Below, piece by piece: positions 18,375 to 28,105 of a DNA stretch of 64,000 bases (positions are counted from its first letter, which is position 1; each line of letters opens with the position of its first letter). Position numbers and translations under genes: made by a program. The notes beneath the pieces were generated by a model that worked only from the letters and a program-made list of their open reading frames with translations, was not told the DNA's origin and ran no database searches. The stretch covers positions 4,579-68,578 of the forward strand of contig JAHJQX010000010.1 of assembly GCA_018818965.1 (NCBI GenBank). Reading direction: 5' to 3'. The stretch comes from Patescibacteria group bacterium. GTDB lineage: Bacteria; Patescibacteriota; JABMPQ01.

Positions 18375-19301
18375 CTATTTATACTTGTAGTAGGCCCAGT
18401 TACCAATACGCAGATCTATGTAATCAACTCGCTCAATCCCCTCTTTGATTTGCTCATCCATAACAACCTTGAGATCGCCCAATTGCGACTCCACGCTGCG
18501 ATCAATACTGAAATAAACACGCCAGCCCCCCGTAGTTTCAAGATGAACTTCTTTAGCTAAAATAGAAGGTGCCCAGAATTTTTTGATATCTACATTTATT
18601 TGCAAGGGAAATTGTTGGTGCAAATCTTGCAGGAAGCCAACAAAATTACGTGTTACTACTTCCTCGCGTAAGTATACTTCGCGATCATTAGAGTCATACA
18701 CTAAAGGTAAATCCCGTTCGACCACTTCATCCAGGGTGGCTCGACAGCAAATACTGCCGTATTGATCAACGTAATGTAATTGGTTACCAGCCACCCAGAC
18801 CAACAACAATTGCCGTTCTCTGACTTTAACCTTGATAACATCGGTTAACTTTTTTTCTATCTCTATCTGCTCTAGCCGTGGTATTTCTGCCAGCAAAAAA
18901 TCATTCAGGCTATTTTTATCCAATAAAAATATATTGTCAGCTGGTAACACCCACAATATTTTTCTGGTAGCAAATTTATTGAAAGCCTCTTCAACTTCTG
19001 TCTGGTTTACTTCGACATTATCGATCAAGACCACCTTTTCAACCCGGAAAAAGTTAGTGAAAAAGAGAAAATAGATTAAAAAGGACAAAGTAGTAATGCT
19101 AACCAGTAGATATACCTTTTTAAGAGTTGCAGAAAGCCACTCGCGCTTCTTCCGTTGGGTCGCTCGATTCCGATAATAGAGATCTTTACGCAATTTCTGC
19201 TTGCTCCACAGTTTATTCTTCTTCGGCGTGGAACTACTATGGCTGGCTCGGCGACGAAACAGCTTCTTTTTTCTTCTTTTATTTATACTCATCCAAGCCA
19301 T
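18375..19301 (-). CDS. ftsQ: cell division protein FtsQ/DivIB (POTRA domain)
   Basis: 308 aa. Highly basic N-terminus, a single TM helix, then POTRA and FtsQ-type beta domains (FRVEKVVLIDNVEVNQTEVEEAF...). Confidence 0.7.
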   Translation of the reverse strand: MAWMSINKRRKKKLFRRRASHSSSTPKKNKLWSKQKLRKDLYYRNRATQRKKREWLSATLKKVYLLVSITTLSFLIYFLFFTNFFRVEKVVLIDNVEVNQTEVEEAFNKFATRKILWVLPADNIFLLDKNSLNDFLLAEIPRLEQIEIEKKLTDVIKVKVRERQLLLVWVAGNQLHYVDQYGSICCRATLDEVVERDLPLVYDSNDREVYLREEVVTRNFVGFLQDLHQQFPLQINVDIKKFWAPSILAKEVHLETTGGWRVYFSIDRSVESQLGDLKVVMDEQIKEGIERVDYIDLRIGNWAYYKYK

Positions 19302-19308
19302 CTCAGTT

Positions 19309-20463
19309 TTAAATTACTACTCTCTTAATCAGAGGATTAATCCTAGTAACAAATTCATAATTGATTGTCCCAATACTATCGGCCAATGAGTCGGCGGTAA
19401 TCTCTTCCAAGCCCTGTTTGCCTAATAATACCACTTCATCCTCTACCGCTACCTCCTTACAATTAGTTACATCGACCACGATCATATTCATGAATACCCG
19501 CCCCAGCACTTTACAACGTTGACCCTTAATTAACACCTCACCGACCCGAGATAATTTTCGATCGTAGCCGTCCCAATAACCAATTGGTAGCACCGCTATT
19601 TGGCTATCTCGTTTCACCTTTTCCGTGCAACCATAACCCACTGCCGTTCCCGCCTTGATGTTCTTGACCTGAGCCACTACCGTTTTCCAAGTAAGGACGG
19701 TTTGCAGAGAAAAATCCTTCAGGCGCCCATTTTTTTCCTGCACTGTTTGCCGTGTCTCTGGTGATGGCCAGAAACCATACAGACTAATACCTACTCGTAC
19801 CATAGCAAAGTGAGTTTCGGGAAATAACATCGTCGCGGCCGAGTTGGCAGTATGCTTAAGGGGGATATTAATGCCTGCTTTTTCTAAATTGGAGACAACT
19901 TCCTGGAAAGTCTTTAATTGTTTTTGGGCATAACTATAATCCGTTGTGTCCTCAATATTAGCAAAGTGGGTCGAAATTCCTTCGATATGAACGCCAGGAT
20001 ACTTTTTGATGAATTTGATAAACTTGAGAGTGTCCTCGGGCATTACCCCCTGGCGCGATGTCCCCGTTTCAATTTTAAGGTGAATGTTAACTTCCGACTT
20101 TCCCAAATTAGTTATTCTCCCCAGCTCTTCAATCGTCTCCTGATTATAAACAGTCAGCCTAAGATCATTTTCCACTGCCTCTGCTAATCGTGACCGCAAT
20201 ACATAGCCAATTATCAAAATGGAGGCGTCAACGCCCGCCTGACGTAAAACTAATGCCTCATCAATTGAATCCACTCCCAGACAATCAGCCCCTGCCGCTA
20301 GCGCGATTTTGCTCACTCCCACTAGGCCGTGTCCATAAGCATTCGCTTTAACAGCTACCAGCAATTTTACTTCCGACCCGATAAGATTTTTAAACTGCTG
20401 CACATTATGTGTAAGTGCTGCCTGATCTATTTCTACCCAAGTTTTCTGACTAGCTGAATCCAT
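19309..20463 (-). CDS. alr: alanine racemase
   Basis: 384 aa. PLP motif AVVKANAYGHG and the C-terminal beta domain. Confidence 0.9.
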   Translation of the reverse strand: MDSASQKTWVEIDQAALTHNVQQFKNLIGSEVKLLVAVKANAYGHGLVGVSKIALAAGADCLGVDSIDEALVLRQAGVDASILIIGYVLRSRLAEAVENDLRLTVYNQETIEELGRITNLGKSEVNIHLKIETGTSRQGVMPEDTLKFIKFIKKYPGVHIEGISTHFANIEDTTDYSYAQKQLKTFQEVVSNLEKAGINIPLKHTANSAATMLFPETHFAMVRVGISLYGFWPSPETRQTVQEKNGRLKDFSLQTVLTWKTVVAQVKNIKAGTAVGYGCTEKVKRDSQIAVLPIGYWDGYDRKLSRVGEVLIKGQRCKVLGRVFMNMIVVDVTNCKEVAVEDEVVLLGKQGLEEITADSLADSIGTINYEFVTRINPLIKRVVI

Positions 20464-20472
20464 GTTAACCAG

Positions 20473-21738
20473 CTATTTGATAACTTTCATCCCGCTCATA
20501 TATTCTTGCAGGGCAATTGGCACGACTACGCTACCATCCGCCTGTTGATAATTTTCTAAAATAGCAATAATCATCCGCCCCATCGCCAAAGCAGTACCAT
20601 TCAAGATGTGAACTAATTCATTCTTTTTACTTTTCTGATCACGATATTTGATATTCAGCCGTCGTGCCTGAAAATCTGTGCAATTGCTAGTTGAGTGAGT
20701 TTCCCGATACTTATCCTGCGAAGGTATCCAGCACTCTAGATCATAGGTATTAGCTGATTGATAGCTCAAATCACCGGTACATACTTGGATAATCCGATAC
20801 GGCAATTTTAACTCGGCTACTAATTTTTCCTGCAAAGACAGTAAATATTTATGCTCTTTGTCAGATTGCTCCGGCTTGGTGAAAGAAACCATTTCAACTT
20901 TGTCAAATTGGTGCACGCGGAGAATGCCTTTGGTATCTTTGCCATAAGAACCAGCCTCCCGACGAAAGCAAGTGGAAAAGGCGGCGTAGCGCTTGGGCAG
21001 CTCCTCTTCAGCTAATATCTCATCCATATGCAACGGAACCACTGATTGCTCGGAGGTGCCAGTAAAATATTGCTTATCTTTGGTGAAGTGATAAGTGTCT
21101 TCTTCTCCCCCACCTGATAAATAACCCAACCCCTGCATGGCTTTCTCTTTAATAACCACCGGCGGAACAATCGGCGTGAAACCTTCTTTAATCAGCAAAT
21201 CAAAAGCAAAACGCATTAGAGCAAATTCGAGTAAAGCAGCCGCTCCCTTGAAGTAGCCAAAGCGTGACCCGGAAACCTTGGCTGCTCTTTTGACATCAAT
21301 AATGTCTAGTTTTTCTCCTAAGGCAGCGTGATCGAGGGGTTTGAAATTAAATTCGGTGGGCTGACTGACAACCTTTAGCTCTTTATTTTCACTGTCGTCT
21401 TCGCCCACTGGCACACTTGGTTGTGGAATATTAGGCAGCTCCAGCATCATTTGCTTAATCTGAGCTTCTATTTCTTTCAACTCCGGCTCACTTTCTTTCA
21501 CGCGTTGTGAAATAGCCTTCATTTCCATAACTAGTTTCTGCTTGGTCGCACCACTACTTTTAGCAATCTCGGCTGAAGCTTTATTTTGCTCAGCCCGCAA
21601 TTTTTCCACTTCTTGAAGTAAGTCCCGTTTCTTTTTATCAAGCTTAATCAAGGCGTCAACATCGAATTTTAGTTGACGATCTTTAATAATCTGTTTAAGT
21701 TTCTTGGGATCTTTACGAATGAGATTAATATCTAGCAT
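20473..21738 (-). CDS. serS: seryl-tRNA synthetase
   Basis: 421 aa. N-terminal coiled-coil arm and class II motifs 1-3 (...FRREAGS..., GTALA...R). Confidence 0.95.
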   Translation of the reverse strand: MLDINLIRKDPKKLKQIIKDRQLKFDVDALIKLDKKKRDLLQEVEKLRAEQNKASAEIAKSSGATKQKLVMEMKAISQRVKESEPELKEIEAQIKQMMLELPNIPQPSVPVGEDDSENKELKVVSQPTEFNFKPLDHAALGEKLDIIDVKRAAKVSGSRFGYFKGAAALLEFALMRFAFDLLIKEGFTPIVPPVVIKEKAMQGLGYLSGGGEEDTYHFTKDKQYFTGTSEQSVVPLHMDEILAEEELPKRYAAFSTCFRREAGSYGKDTKGILRVHQFDKVEMVSFTKPEQSDKEHKYLLSLQEKLVAELKLPYRIIQVCTGDLSYQSANTYDLECWIPSQDKYRETHSTSNCTDFQARRLNIKYRDQKSKKNELVHILNGTALAMGRMIIAILENYQQADGSVVVPIALQEYMSGMKVIK

Positions 21739-21743
21739 ATAGG

Positions 21744-22916
21744 TTAGGTTTTAAGTTGTGATCCTTTGCCCATATAACCTTTCAGTACCGACAACCAGGC
21801 TCCCAAGCCGAAGGCGATAGCCACGAGCTTTACTAGCCAACCAATAAAAGGAACTGCTACTACAATCCCAAAGATTACCAAGCCCAGCCCAACAGACCAG
21901 ATCAGAGAAACTTCTTGCTTTTTACCAATCGCTTTGATCAAACGATCACCAATCCACAAGCCAACAATAACCTTAGCCAAATAAATAGCTGCACTGTATA
22001 AGACAAAGACAAGCAAGGCTAGAGGAAAACCAACAATTGTTACCATAACCATGACAGCTGCAATTGGGGTGGCGATTAATACTAACAGTCCCCAACCAAA
22101 ACTTGCACCAGGCTGACCAGTAAGTTTTGCTAAAACTCTACTGGCAATACGCGGGAATAGTAATACAAATAAAATACCGATAATTAATAAACCTAGACCA
22201 CTAATAATCTTACTCGCTGTCCCAGTAATCATCGCCAGGACAGGATTGCCAGAGCCCACCTTAGCCCCACTGTATGAATTTTTAGCCTCCGTCCATTCTT
22301 TGACACCAGCCACTTCTGCTCCACTATCTATTTGCGCTTCTTGAGTAGAGCTATATTTTAAATCACCATTAATCCTTGCATCCGAAGTTAGACTTAGATT
22401 TTCAATTTCTCCCTCTACATTACCACCAACTTCACCCGCTAATTTCATCTCACCCGCTCCCACCCAGATATTACGACCAACATCACCATATAAACTTACG
22501 TTTCCCGCTCCCACGATCAAATCACGACCGATTAGAACATTATCATCTATTTCAACCATGCCGCCCGCCAAGATCACATTATCCTCTATTCTCTCCTTGA
22601 TCCTAACTTGCCCCCCAGAAGCAACCACGTCATCCATTACCGGTCCTTCGATAGTCACTTGGCCTGCTCCCACCAGCACATCGCCATTTACCTGACCAGT
22701 TACTTCTACATCCCCTCCAGCGATAACCAAATCGCCATTTATTTGCCCGTGGATTCTTATATTCCCTCCGGCCACTAATAAATCGTCCTCAATAATCTGA
22801 TCTGCAGCGATAATAACTTCATCACCATTCTTGAATTCAATAGCCTGAGCGCTCACTGGTAGCACTAGAAACATAAACAAGGCAACTACACCAATTAATC
22901 CCCATTTGACCTTCAT
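21744..22916 (-). CDS. exported beta-helical repeat (bactofilin/DUF583-like) domain fused to a C-terminal polytopic membrane domain
   Basis: 390 aa. Signal peptide MKVKWGLIGVVALFMFLVLPVSAQA, then about 150 aa of G-x-V/I-x-G-D/N repeats (INGDLVIAGGDVEVTGQVNGDVLVGAGQV...), then 5-6 TM helices. Confidence 0.55.
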   Translation of the reverse strand: MKVKWGLIGVVALFMFLVLPVSAQAIEFKNGDEVIIAADQIIEDDLLVAGGNIRIHGQINGDLVIAGGDVEVTGQVNGDVLVGAGQVTIEGPVMDDVVASGGQVRIKERIEDNVILAGGMVEIDDNVLIGRDLIVGAGNVSLYGDVGRNIWVGAGEMKLAGEVGGNVEGEIENLSLTSDARINGDLKYSSTQEAQIDSGAEVAGVKEWTEAKNSYSGAKVGSGNPVLAMITGTASKIISGLGLLIIGILFVLLFPRIASRVLAKLTGQPGASFGWGLLVLIATPIAAVMVMVTIVGFPLALLVFVLYSAAIYLAKVIVGLWIGDRLIKAIGKKQEVSLIWSVGLGLVIFGIVVAVPFIGWLVKLVAIAFGLGAWLSVLKGYMGKGSQLKT

Positions 22917-23329
22917 ATTTTTATTTTTTTAATTAGTTTTGATGATTTATATATCTCCGGCTTATACGATCTTGCTCGTATTATTTTAATATTTTGGTTG
23001 CTTCCCTTAATATATCTTTCCAACTCACCGACAAACTTCCGCTGATCATAGCCTAAACAAATTATAGCTGGCTGGCGCTCACGGATTATTTGTAATTTAT
23101 CACCTCCCGACTGAGCAGCTATTACCTCATCAACTATTCCTTGTTTCTCAATCTCGGCCATCCGCTCAGTTTGTTTATGTATTGGATATTCGCCTTTGAT
23201 TGTCTTTACCGTCTCATCGTGAGCTACCACCACCGTTAGCTGATCACCATGCTCCTTGGCTTGGCGGAAAAAATCTAGATGACCCAGATGAAGAATATCA
23301 AAGGTGCCGAAGACCATTATTTTAATCAT
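22913..23329 (-). CDS. HxGH-motif nucleotidyltransferase (cytidylyltransferase-like; RibL/TagD-type)
   Basis: 138 aa. MVFGTFDILHLGHLDFFRQAK... carries the (T/H)xGH signature. Resembles glycerol-3-P cytidylyltransferase and the archaeal-type FAD synthetase. Confidence 0.7.
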   Translation of the reverse strand: MIKIMVFGTFDILHLGHLDFFRQAKEHGDQLTVVVAHDETVKTIKGEYPIHKQTERMAEIEKQGIVDEVIAAQSGGDKLQIIRERQPAIICLGYDQRKFVGELERYIKGSNQNIKIIRARSYKPEIYKSSKLIKKIKI

Positions 23330-25428
23330 AATCCTAACTCATCACTAATTTCCTGCATCGCCTTGAGGCTAAGTTCGATAAACTCATCTAACGATAATCC
23401 TAATTGATCACACTCTCCAATCATCTCACGCGACACTTTAGCGGCAAAAGACTTGTCTTTCATTTTTTTCTTAAGCGACTTGGCTTTGACGTTGGCTAGT
23501 TTTTTGTCTGGATGCACTAGAGCAGAAGCAAAAATCAAACCAGTGATACTCTCTGCACAAGCCACCGCATGATCGAGCTTAGTTTGCCGCTCAATCACCT
23601 TATTATATTCATAACTGTGAGCTTGGATAGCGTTGATACCAACTTCAGGAAACTTTTGCGCCCGGAGAATATCAGCTGTTACCTTACCATGCTCGGCTGG
23701 CTTATCTTGAGTCTCCTCCCAATCAAGATCGTGTAGTAAACCTGTTACTGCCCACAACTCCTCGTCCTCACCTAACTTTTTAGCCAAAGCTCGCATAATT
23801 ACTTCCGTCTCGCGGGAGTGAAGAATGTTTTTTTCGTCTTTCAAATGCTCTTTGAGTAGAGCAAACGCATCGTCGCGAGTCAGGGATAAATTAACTTTGG
23901 CCATTTTTTGAGATTTAGTTAGCAGGGTTTTATTTCTATCTGCAGTTGATGTCAGCCGGTGACCGTCGTCACCTTTGGGCTTCATGGTGGGGAACAAGAT
24001 CACTTCTTTGATCGAATTGGTATTGGTAAACAACATTGCCATACGATCAATCCCGATACCAATTCCAGTTACGGGTGGCATTCCATGCTCAATCGCTTCG
24101 ATAAATTCTTCGTCAGTCTGGTGGGCTTCGTCAAAACCAGATTGTTCTTTCTTTTTTTCCTCAACGAAACGTTGACGCAAATCAACCGGATCATTAAGCT
24201 CTGAATAATGATTGCCAGCTTCAGATCCGATAATGAAATGTTCGAAGCGCTCAACAAAACGAGGATCATCGGCGCATTTCTTGGCTAGGGGAGATGTTTC
24301 TACTGGGTAATTGTAAATGATGGTCGGCTGAATTAGTTTCTCCTCCACTTTCTCTTCAAAAATATAAGCAATCATCTCACCTGTGGTCTGGAACATGGCA
24401 AGCTCCTCTTTGTCTAGCCCCAACTTTAAGGCCTTTTCCCTGACCTGGTCACAGCTATCACCGATAGTAAAATCAGCTCCGGTATATTCTTTAATAGACT
24501 CGACCATAGTTAACCGCTTCCAAGGTCGTTCCAGATTAATCTTCTGTCCCTGATATTCAATCTCCGTTCCACCTAGCACTTCTTGAGCCGTCTGCAAATA
24601 GATCTCCTCCACCAAATCCATACTAAACTCATAGTTTTGGTAAGCCGTCATAATTTCTAGCAGAGTAAACTCAGGATTATGACTTAGATCAATGCCTTCA
24701 TTGCGAAAGTCCTTACAAAACTCAAACACTTTCTCAAAACCACCCACTATTAATCTCTTAAGATACAGCTCGTCAGAAATACGCAGATAAAGTGGAATAT
24801 CCAAGGCATTATGATGAGTCTTAAATGGCTTAGCAAAACCGCCACCATAAATCGTTTGCAAAATAGGAGTGTCGACTTCCATATACCCTTTAGTAATCAG
24901 AATCTGCCGAATTTTTTCAATCATGGCGGAACGAAGTTCAAATCTTTTTCTAACTTCCGGATTGACTGCCAAATCCAAATAACGCTTACGAAATCTTTCC
25001 TCGACATCTTTTAAACCATGCCATTTTTCTGGCAATGGCTTTAGGCTCTTAGTGAGAAGGGAATAGTCAGATACTTCGAGAGTCTTTTCGCCCTTCTTAG
25101 TAGTAAATAATTTACCAGTCAGCTGCACAAAATCTCCCATATCAAGACTTGAGAAAGATTTATACTTGTCTTCGCCAAGGATATCTCGTCGTAAATAAGC
25201 TTGGATTCGAGCAGTACCATCTTGCACCTGGACAAAAGTAGATCCCCCATGGGAGCGAATAGCATAAATCCTTCCCACTAAGGATATTTCCCGTCCCTTG
25301 AGCTTAGCAAAATCAGCCAACATTTCCTGGCAAGTGTTTGTCCTTTTGGCTTTAGCCGGATAGGGATTTAATTTTGCCTGCTTAATTTTATTGAGTTTGG
25401 CAAGACGTATTGCTGACTCTTCCGCCAT
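23326..25428 (-). CDS. lysS: lysyl-tRNA synthetase (class II) fused to a C-terminal HD-domain phosphohydrolase
   Basis: 700 aa. Residues 1 to about 500 are a complete LysRS (OB anticodon-binding domain, motifs 1-3, ...GIGIDRMAMLF...VILFPTMKP). Residues about 520-700 carry H...HD...H...D (ILHSRE...LLHDLDW...AHSYE...LDHAV), typical of HD/YqeK-like hydrolases. No stop separates the two parts. Confidence 0.9.
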   Translation of the reverse strand: MAEESAIRLAKLNKIKQAKLNPYPAKAKRTNTCQEMLADFAKLKGREISLVGRIYAIRSHGGSTFVQVQDGTARIQAYLRRDILGEDKYKSFSSLDMGDFVQLTGKLFTTKKGEKTLEVSDYSLLTKSLKPLPEKWHGLKDVEERFRKRYLDLAVNPEVRKRFELRSAMIEKIRQILITKGYMEVDTPILQTIYGGGFAKPFKTHHNALDIPLYLRISDELYLKRLIVGGFEKVFEFCKDFRNEGIDLSHNPEFTLLEIMTAYQNYEFSMDLVEEIYLQTAQEVLGGTEIEYQGQKINLERPWKRLTMVESIKEYTGADFTIGDSCDQVREKALKLGLDKEELAMFQTTGEMIAYIFEEKVEEKLIQPTIIYNYPVETSPLAKKCADDPRFVERFEHFIIGSEAGNHYSELNDPVDLRQRFVEEKKKEQSGFDEAHQTDEEFIEAIEHGMPPVTGIGIGIDRMAMLFTNTNSIKEVILFPTMKPKGDDGHRLTSTADRNKTLLTKSQKMAKVNLSLTRDDAFALLKEHLKDEKNILHSRETEVIMRALAKKLGEDEELWAVTGLLHDLDWEETQDKPAEHGKVTADILRAQKFPEVGINAIQAHSYEYNKVIERQTKLDHAVACAESITGLIFASALVHPDKKLANVKAKSLKKKMKDKSFAAKVSREMIGECDQLGLSLDEFIELSLKAMQEISDELGL

Positions 25429-25467
25429 AAATATAATTTATTTACGATTTTACTTTAAGCAATAGCT

Positions 25468-25502
25468 GCAAACAAAAGCAATCTACTTTAACGTAGATTG
25501 CT
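25468..25502 (-). terminator. putative intrinsic terminator after greA
   Basis: 10-bp stem AGCAATCTAC (25477-25486) pairs with GTAGATTGCT (25493-25502). On the minus strand it is followed by TTTTGTTTG. Confidence 0.4.
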
Positions 25503-25537
25503 TGTATTATAGCAAAAAATATACTTATTCAAAGCAA

Positions 25538-25999
25538 TTATCCGATAGTCATCACTCTATAACTTTTCTGTCCGACAGGAGTTTCTACTTTGACTATTTC
25601 GCCTACTTCTCTATCTAAAAAAGCTTGACCAATCGGTGATTCGTTAGAAATTTTACCCGCTACCGGATCAGCTTCATCTGATCCTACTATTTTGTACTCG
25701 ATTTCTTTGCCATTACTTTTCACCACAATCGTTGAACCTACTCTAATAGATTTCCCCTGACCACTTTTCTTGATAATGACAGCGTTTTTTATCTTGCTCG
25801 CCAATTCAATAATTCTCCCCTCGACAAAGGCCTGCTGCTCCTTAGCCTCTGAATATTCACCACTCTCAGAAATATCACCTTCTTCTAGAGCCTTCCGGAT
25901 ACGATCAGAAACTTCTTTACGCTCGACTTTCTGCAAATGCTCTAGCTCTTTTTTTAATTCGCTCAGACCTTCTTCGGTTAAGTAGTTCTTTTTTATCAT
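25538..25999 (-). CDS. greA: transcription elongation factor GreA
   Basis: 153 aa. N-terminal coiled coil with acidic tip residues, and a C-terminal FKBP-like domain. Confidence 0.9.
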   Translation of the reverse strand: MIKKNYLTEEGLSELKKELEHLQKVERKEVSDRIRKALEEGDISESGEYSEAKEQQAFVEGRIIELASKIKNAVIIKKSGQGKSIRVGSTIVVKSNGKEIEYKIVGSDEADPVAGKISNESPIGQAFLDREVGEIVKVETPVGQKSYRVMTIG

Positions 26000-26149
26000 T
26001 TTTCTGTTTTAACTAAAACTGAGCCTGTCCAGTTTGGCAAAAAGCCCATTATTTTACTTGTACACCCCTCCGATCTTAGCTTGCTTCACCGTTATGTCAA
26101 CAACAGTTATCCACAAAATAATCTGCGAGCGGTAACTCAGATAATTAAC

Positions 26150-28105
26150 TTACTGTTTATTATCAAAATACCACTCCAAAATCTTTCCGGCAATTGGCAC
26201 CGCTACTTCGCTACCTTCTCCTCCTTCTTCTACCAGAACCGTCACTACTACCTCTGGATTTTCGTAAGGAGCAAAAGTTGTATACCAAGCATGATTATCA
26301 CCGCTGCCGGAATGTTGAGCCGTCCCTGTCTTGCCGGCCGACGATACCGATAAATAATTTAAGGATTTACCTGATCCGGATAATACTGTCTCGCGCATAG
26401 CCCTTTGCACAATCTTAATATTCTCCTGACTAACCAGTCCTTCTTTCATAGAATGAGGGAAATGTTCCTTAATACTATTACTGCTATTATCGACTACCTT
26501 TTGCACCAAATATGGTTGATAGACAACTCCCCCGTTGGCAACGGCAGCCGTCCAGCAAGCTACTTGAAGAGGAGTAGTTAGAACATCTCCCTGGCCAATC
26601 GCCATATGGTAAGTATCGCCTAGGTACCATTCCTCTCCTTTGGTTTCCCCTTTCCAATCGGGAGTGGGAATCAATCCTTTCTTTTCATTGGGTAAATCTA
26701 TGCCTGTAGCCTGACCCAAACCAAATTTTTGATAATACTTTTCTAATTTTTCCGCCCCTAGACCTTCCCGACTTTCATATCCTCCGCCCGCAATGTAAAA
26801 ATAGATATCTGATGACTGGGCAATGGCACTATAAATATCCATCGGGCCCAAACCAGCTAAATTCCAGCCAACGAAATTATAAACAACGTCTGGATTATAT
26901 TTATTGGGCACACTAATCGAGCCAGTATCTTCGATAATGGTGTGCTCATTCACCACCCGTTCCTCGAGAGCAGCGGCAGCCACTACTGGTTTAATAGTTG
27001 ATCCGGGAGGGTAAACACCGTTTATCACCCGGTTGAATAAAGGTTTATCCTCATCATTAATTAGACGTTCGTAATCTTCTGATAATACACCCCCCGTAAA
27101 AATGTTGTTATTATAATCAGGTGTGCTAACCAAAGACAGAACTCGACCACTATCTGGTTCCATTACTACCACTGCTGCTTTATTTGATTGTATTTTCTCT
27201 AGCTCGGCAGCCACTATTTCATTAACTTTCAGCTGCAATTCCCGATCCACAGTTAAAATCAAATCGCTGCCAGCCACTGATTCACTGACCGCTACCACTT
27301 CTTTTACCTTACCGCGGGAATCAACTTCAACTTGCTCTCGGCCGTGCTGACCTCGCAGCTCTGATTCATAATAATTTTCGAGACCACTCTTCCCTAGCCA
27401 GTCAGTTGTCTGATAGTCATCTTCTCCTAATTCGTTTAACTCTTCCTCGGTTATTTTGCCAACATAACCCAAAATGTGGGCAAACGCAGCCGCCTCTTCA
27501 TAGTAACGTCTGGTATTAATTTCAATATCAACACCAGGCCACTGCGCTAATCGCGGTTGGAGAAATAATGCCTTGTCTCGCTCTAAATTACGCTTTATTG
27601 GCACTGGCGTATAGGAACTATAATCTAAATTGTTCTCTACTTCACTAAATTCGTCTTCTCCTATTGCCAAATGCAATTTGACTTTACCTAACACCTCTTG
27701 CCGCTGCTTTTCTTCTTTAGGTAAATCAGCCGGAATAACTAATAAATCAAAACTGGGCTCATTACGTACTAAGATATTTTTATCGGAGTCATAGATTATG
27801 CCCCGAACTGTTTTTTTAATATTTACCCTGAATCTATTTTCAGCAGCTGCTTGCTTATACTCATCCCCAGCGAATACCTGTAGTTGAATTAAACGCAACA
27901 AAAGCACAATAAAGACAGATAAAATGATAGCCGCAAAAATTTTTATCTTGCCATAATCAAACAGGGGGTTAATTGTTCTAACCTCTTGAGCATCCTGCCG
28001 TCCTGTCATCAGAGCTTCGTCCCAATTTTCCATTACCTCATTACTATCGCGATCTATTGTTTTCCCCTCCAAATAGTCAGTGTGAAAGGGATTTTTATTT
28101 GTCAT
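26150..28105 (-). CDS. mrdA: penicillin-binding protein 2 (peptidoglycan D,D-transpeptidase)
   Basis: 651 aa. N-terminal TM, PBP dimerisation domain, and a transpeptidase domain with STIKP, SGN-like and KTGTA motifs. Overlaps mreD by 4 nt. Confidence 0.9.
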   Translation of the reverse strand: MTNKNPFHTDYLEGKTIDRDSNEVMENWDEALMTGRQDAQEVRTINPLFDYGKIKIFAAIILSVFIVLLLRLIQLQVFAGDEYKQAAAENRFRVNIKKTVRGIIYDSDKNILVRNEPSFDLLVIPADLPKEEKQRQEVLGKVKLHLAIGEDEFSEVENNLDYSSYTPVPIKRNLERDKALFLQPRLAQWPGVDIEINTRRYYEEAAAFAHILGYVGKITEEELNELGEDDYQTTDWLGKSGLENYYESELRGQHGREQVEVDSRGKVKEVVAVSESVAGSDLILTVDRELQLKVNEIVAAELEKIQSNKAAVVVMEPDSGRVLSLVSTPDYNNNIFTGGVLSEDYERLINDEDKPLFNRVINGVYPPGSTIKPVVAAAALEERVVNEHTIIEDTGSISVPNKYNPDVVYNFVGWNLAGLGPMDIYSAIAQSSDIYFYIAGGGYESREGLGAEKLEKYYQKFGLGQATGIDLPNEKKGLIPTPDWKGETKGEEWYLGDTYHMAIGQGDVLTTPLQVACWTAAVANGGVVYQPYLVQKVVDNSSNSIKEHFPHSMKEGLVSQENIKIVQRAMRETVLSGSGKSLNYLSVSSAGKTGTAQHSGSGDNHAWYTTFAPYENPEVVVTVLVEEGGEGSEVAVPIAGKILEWYFDNKQ

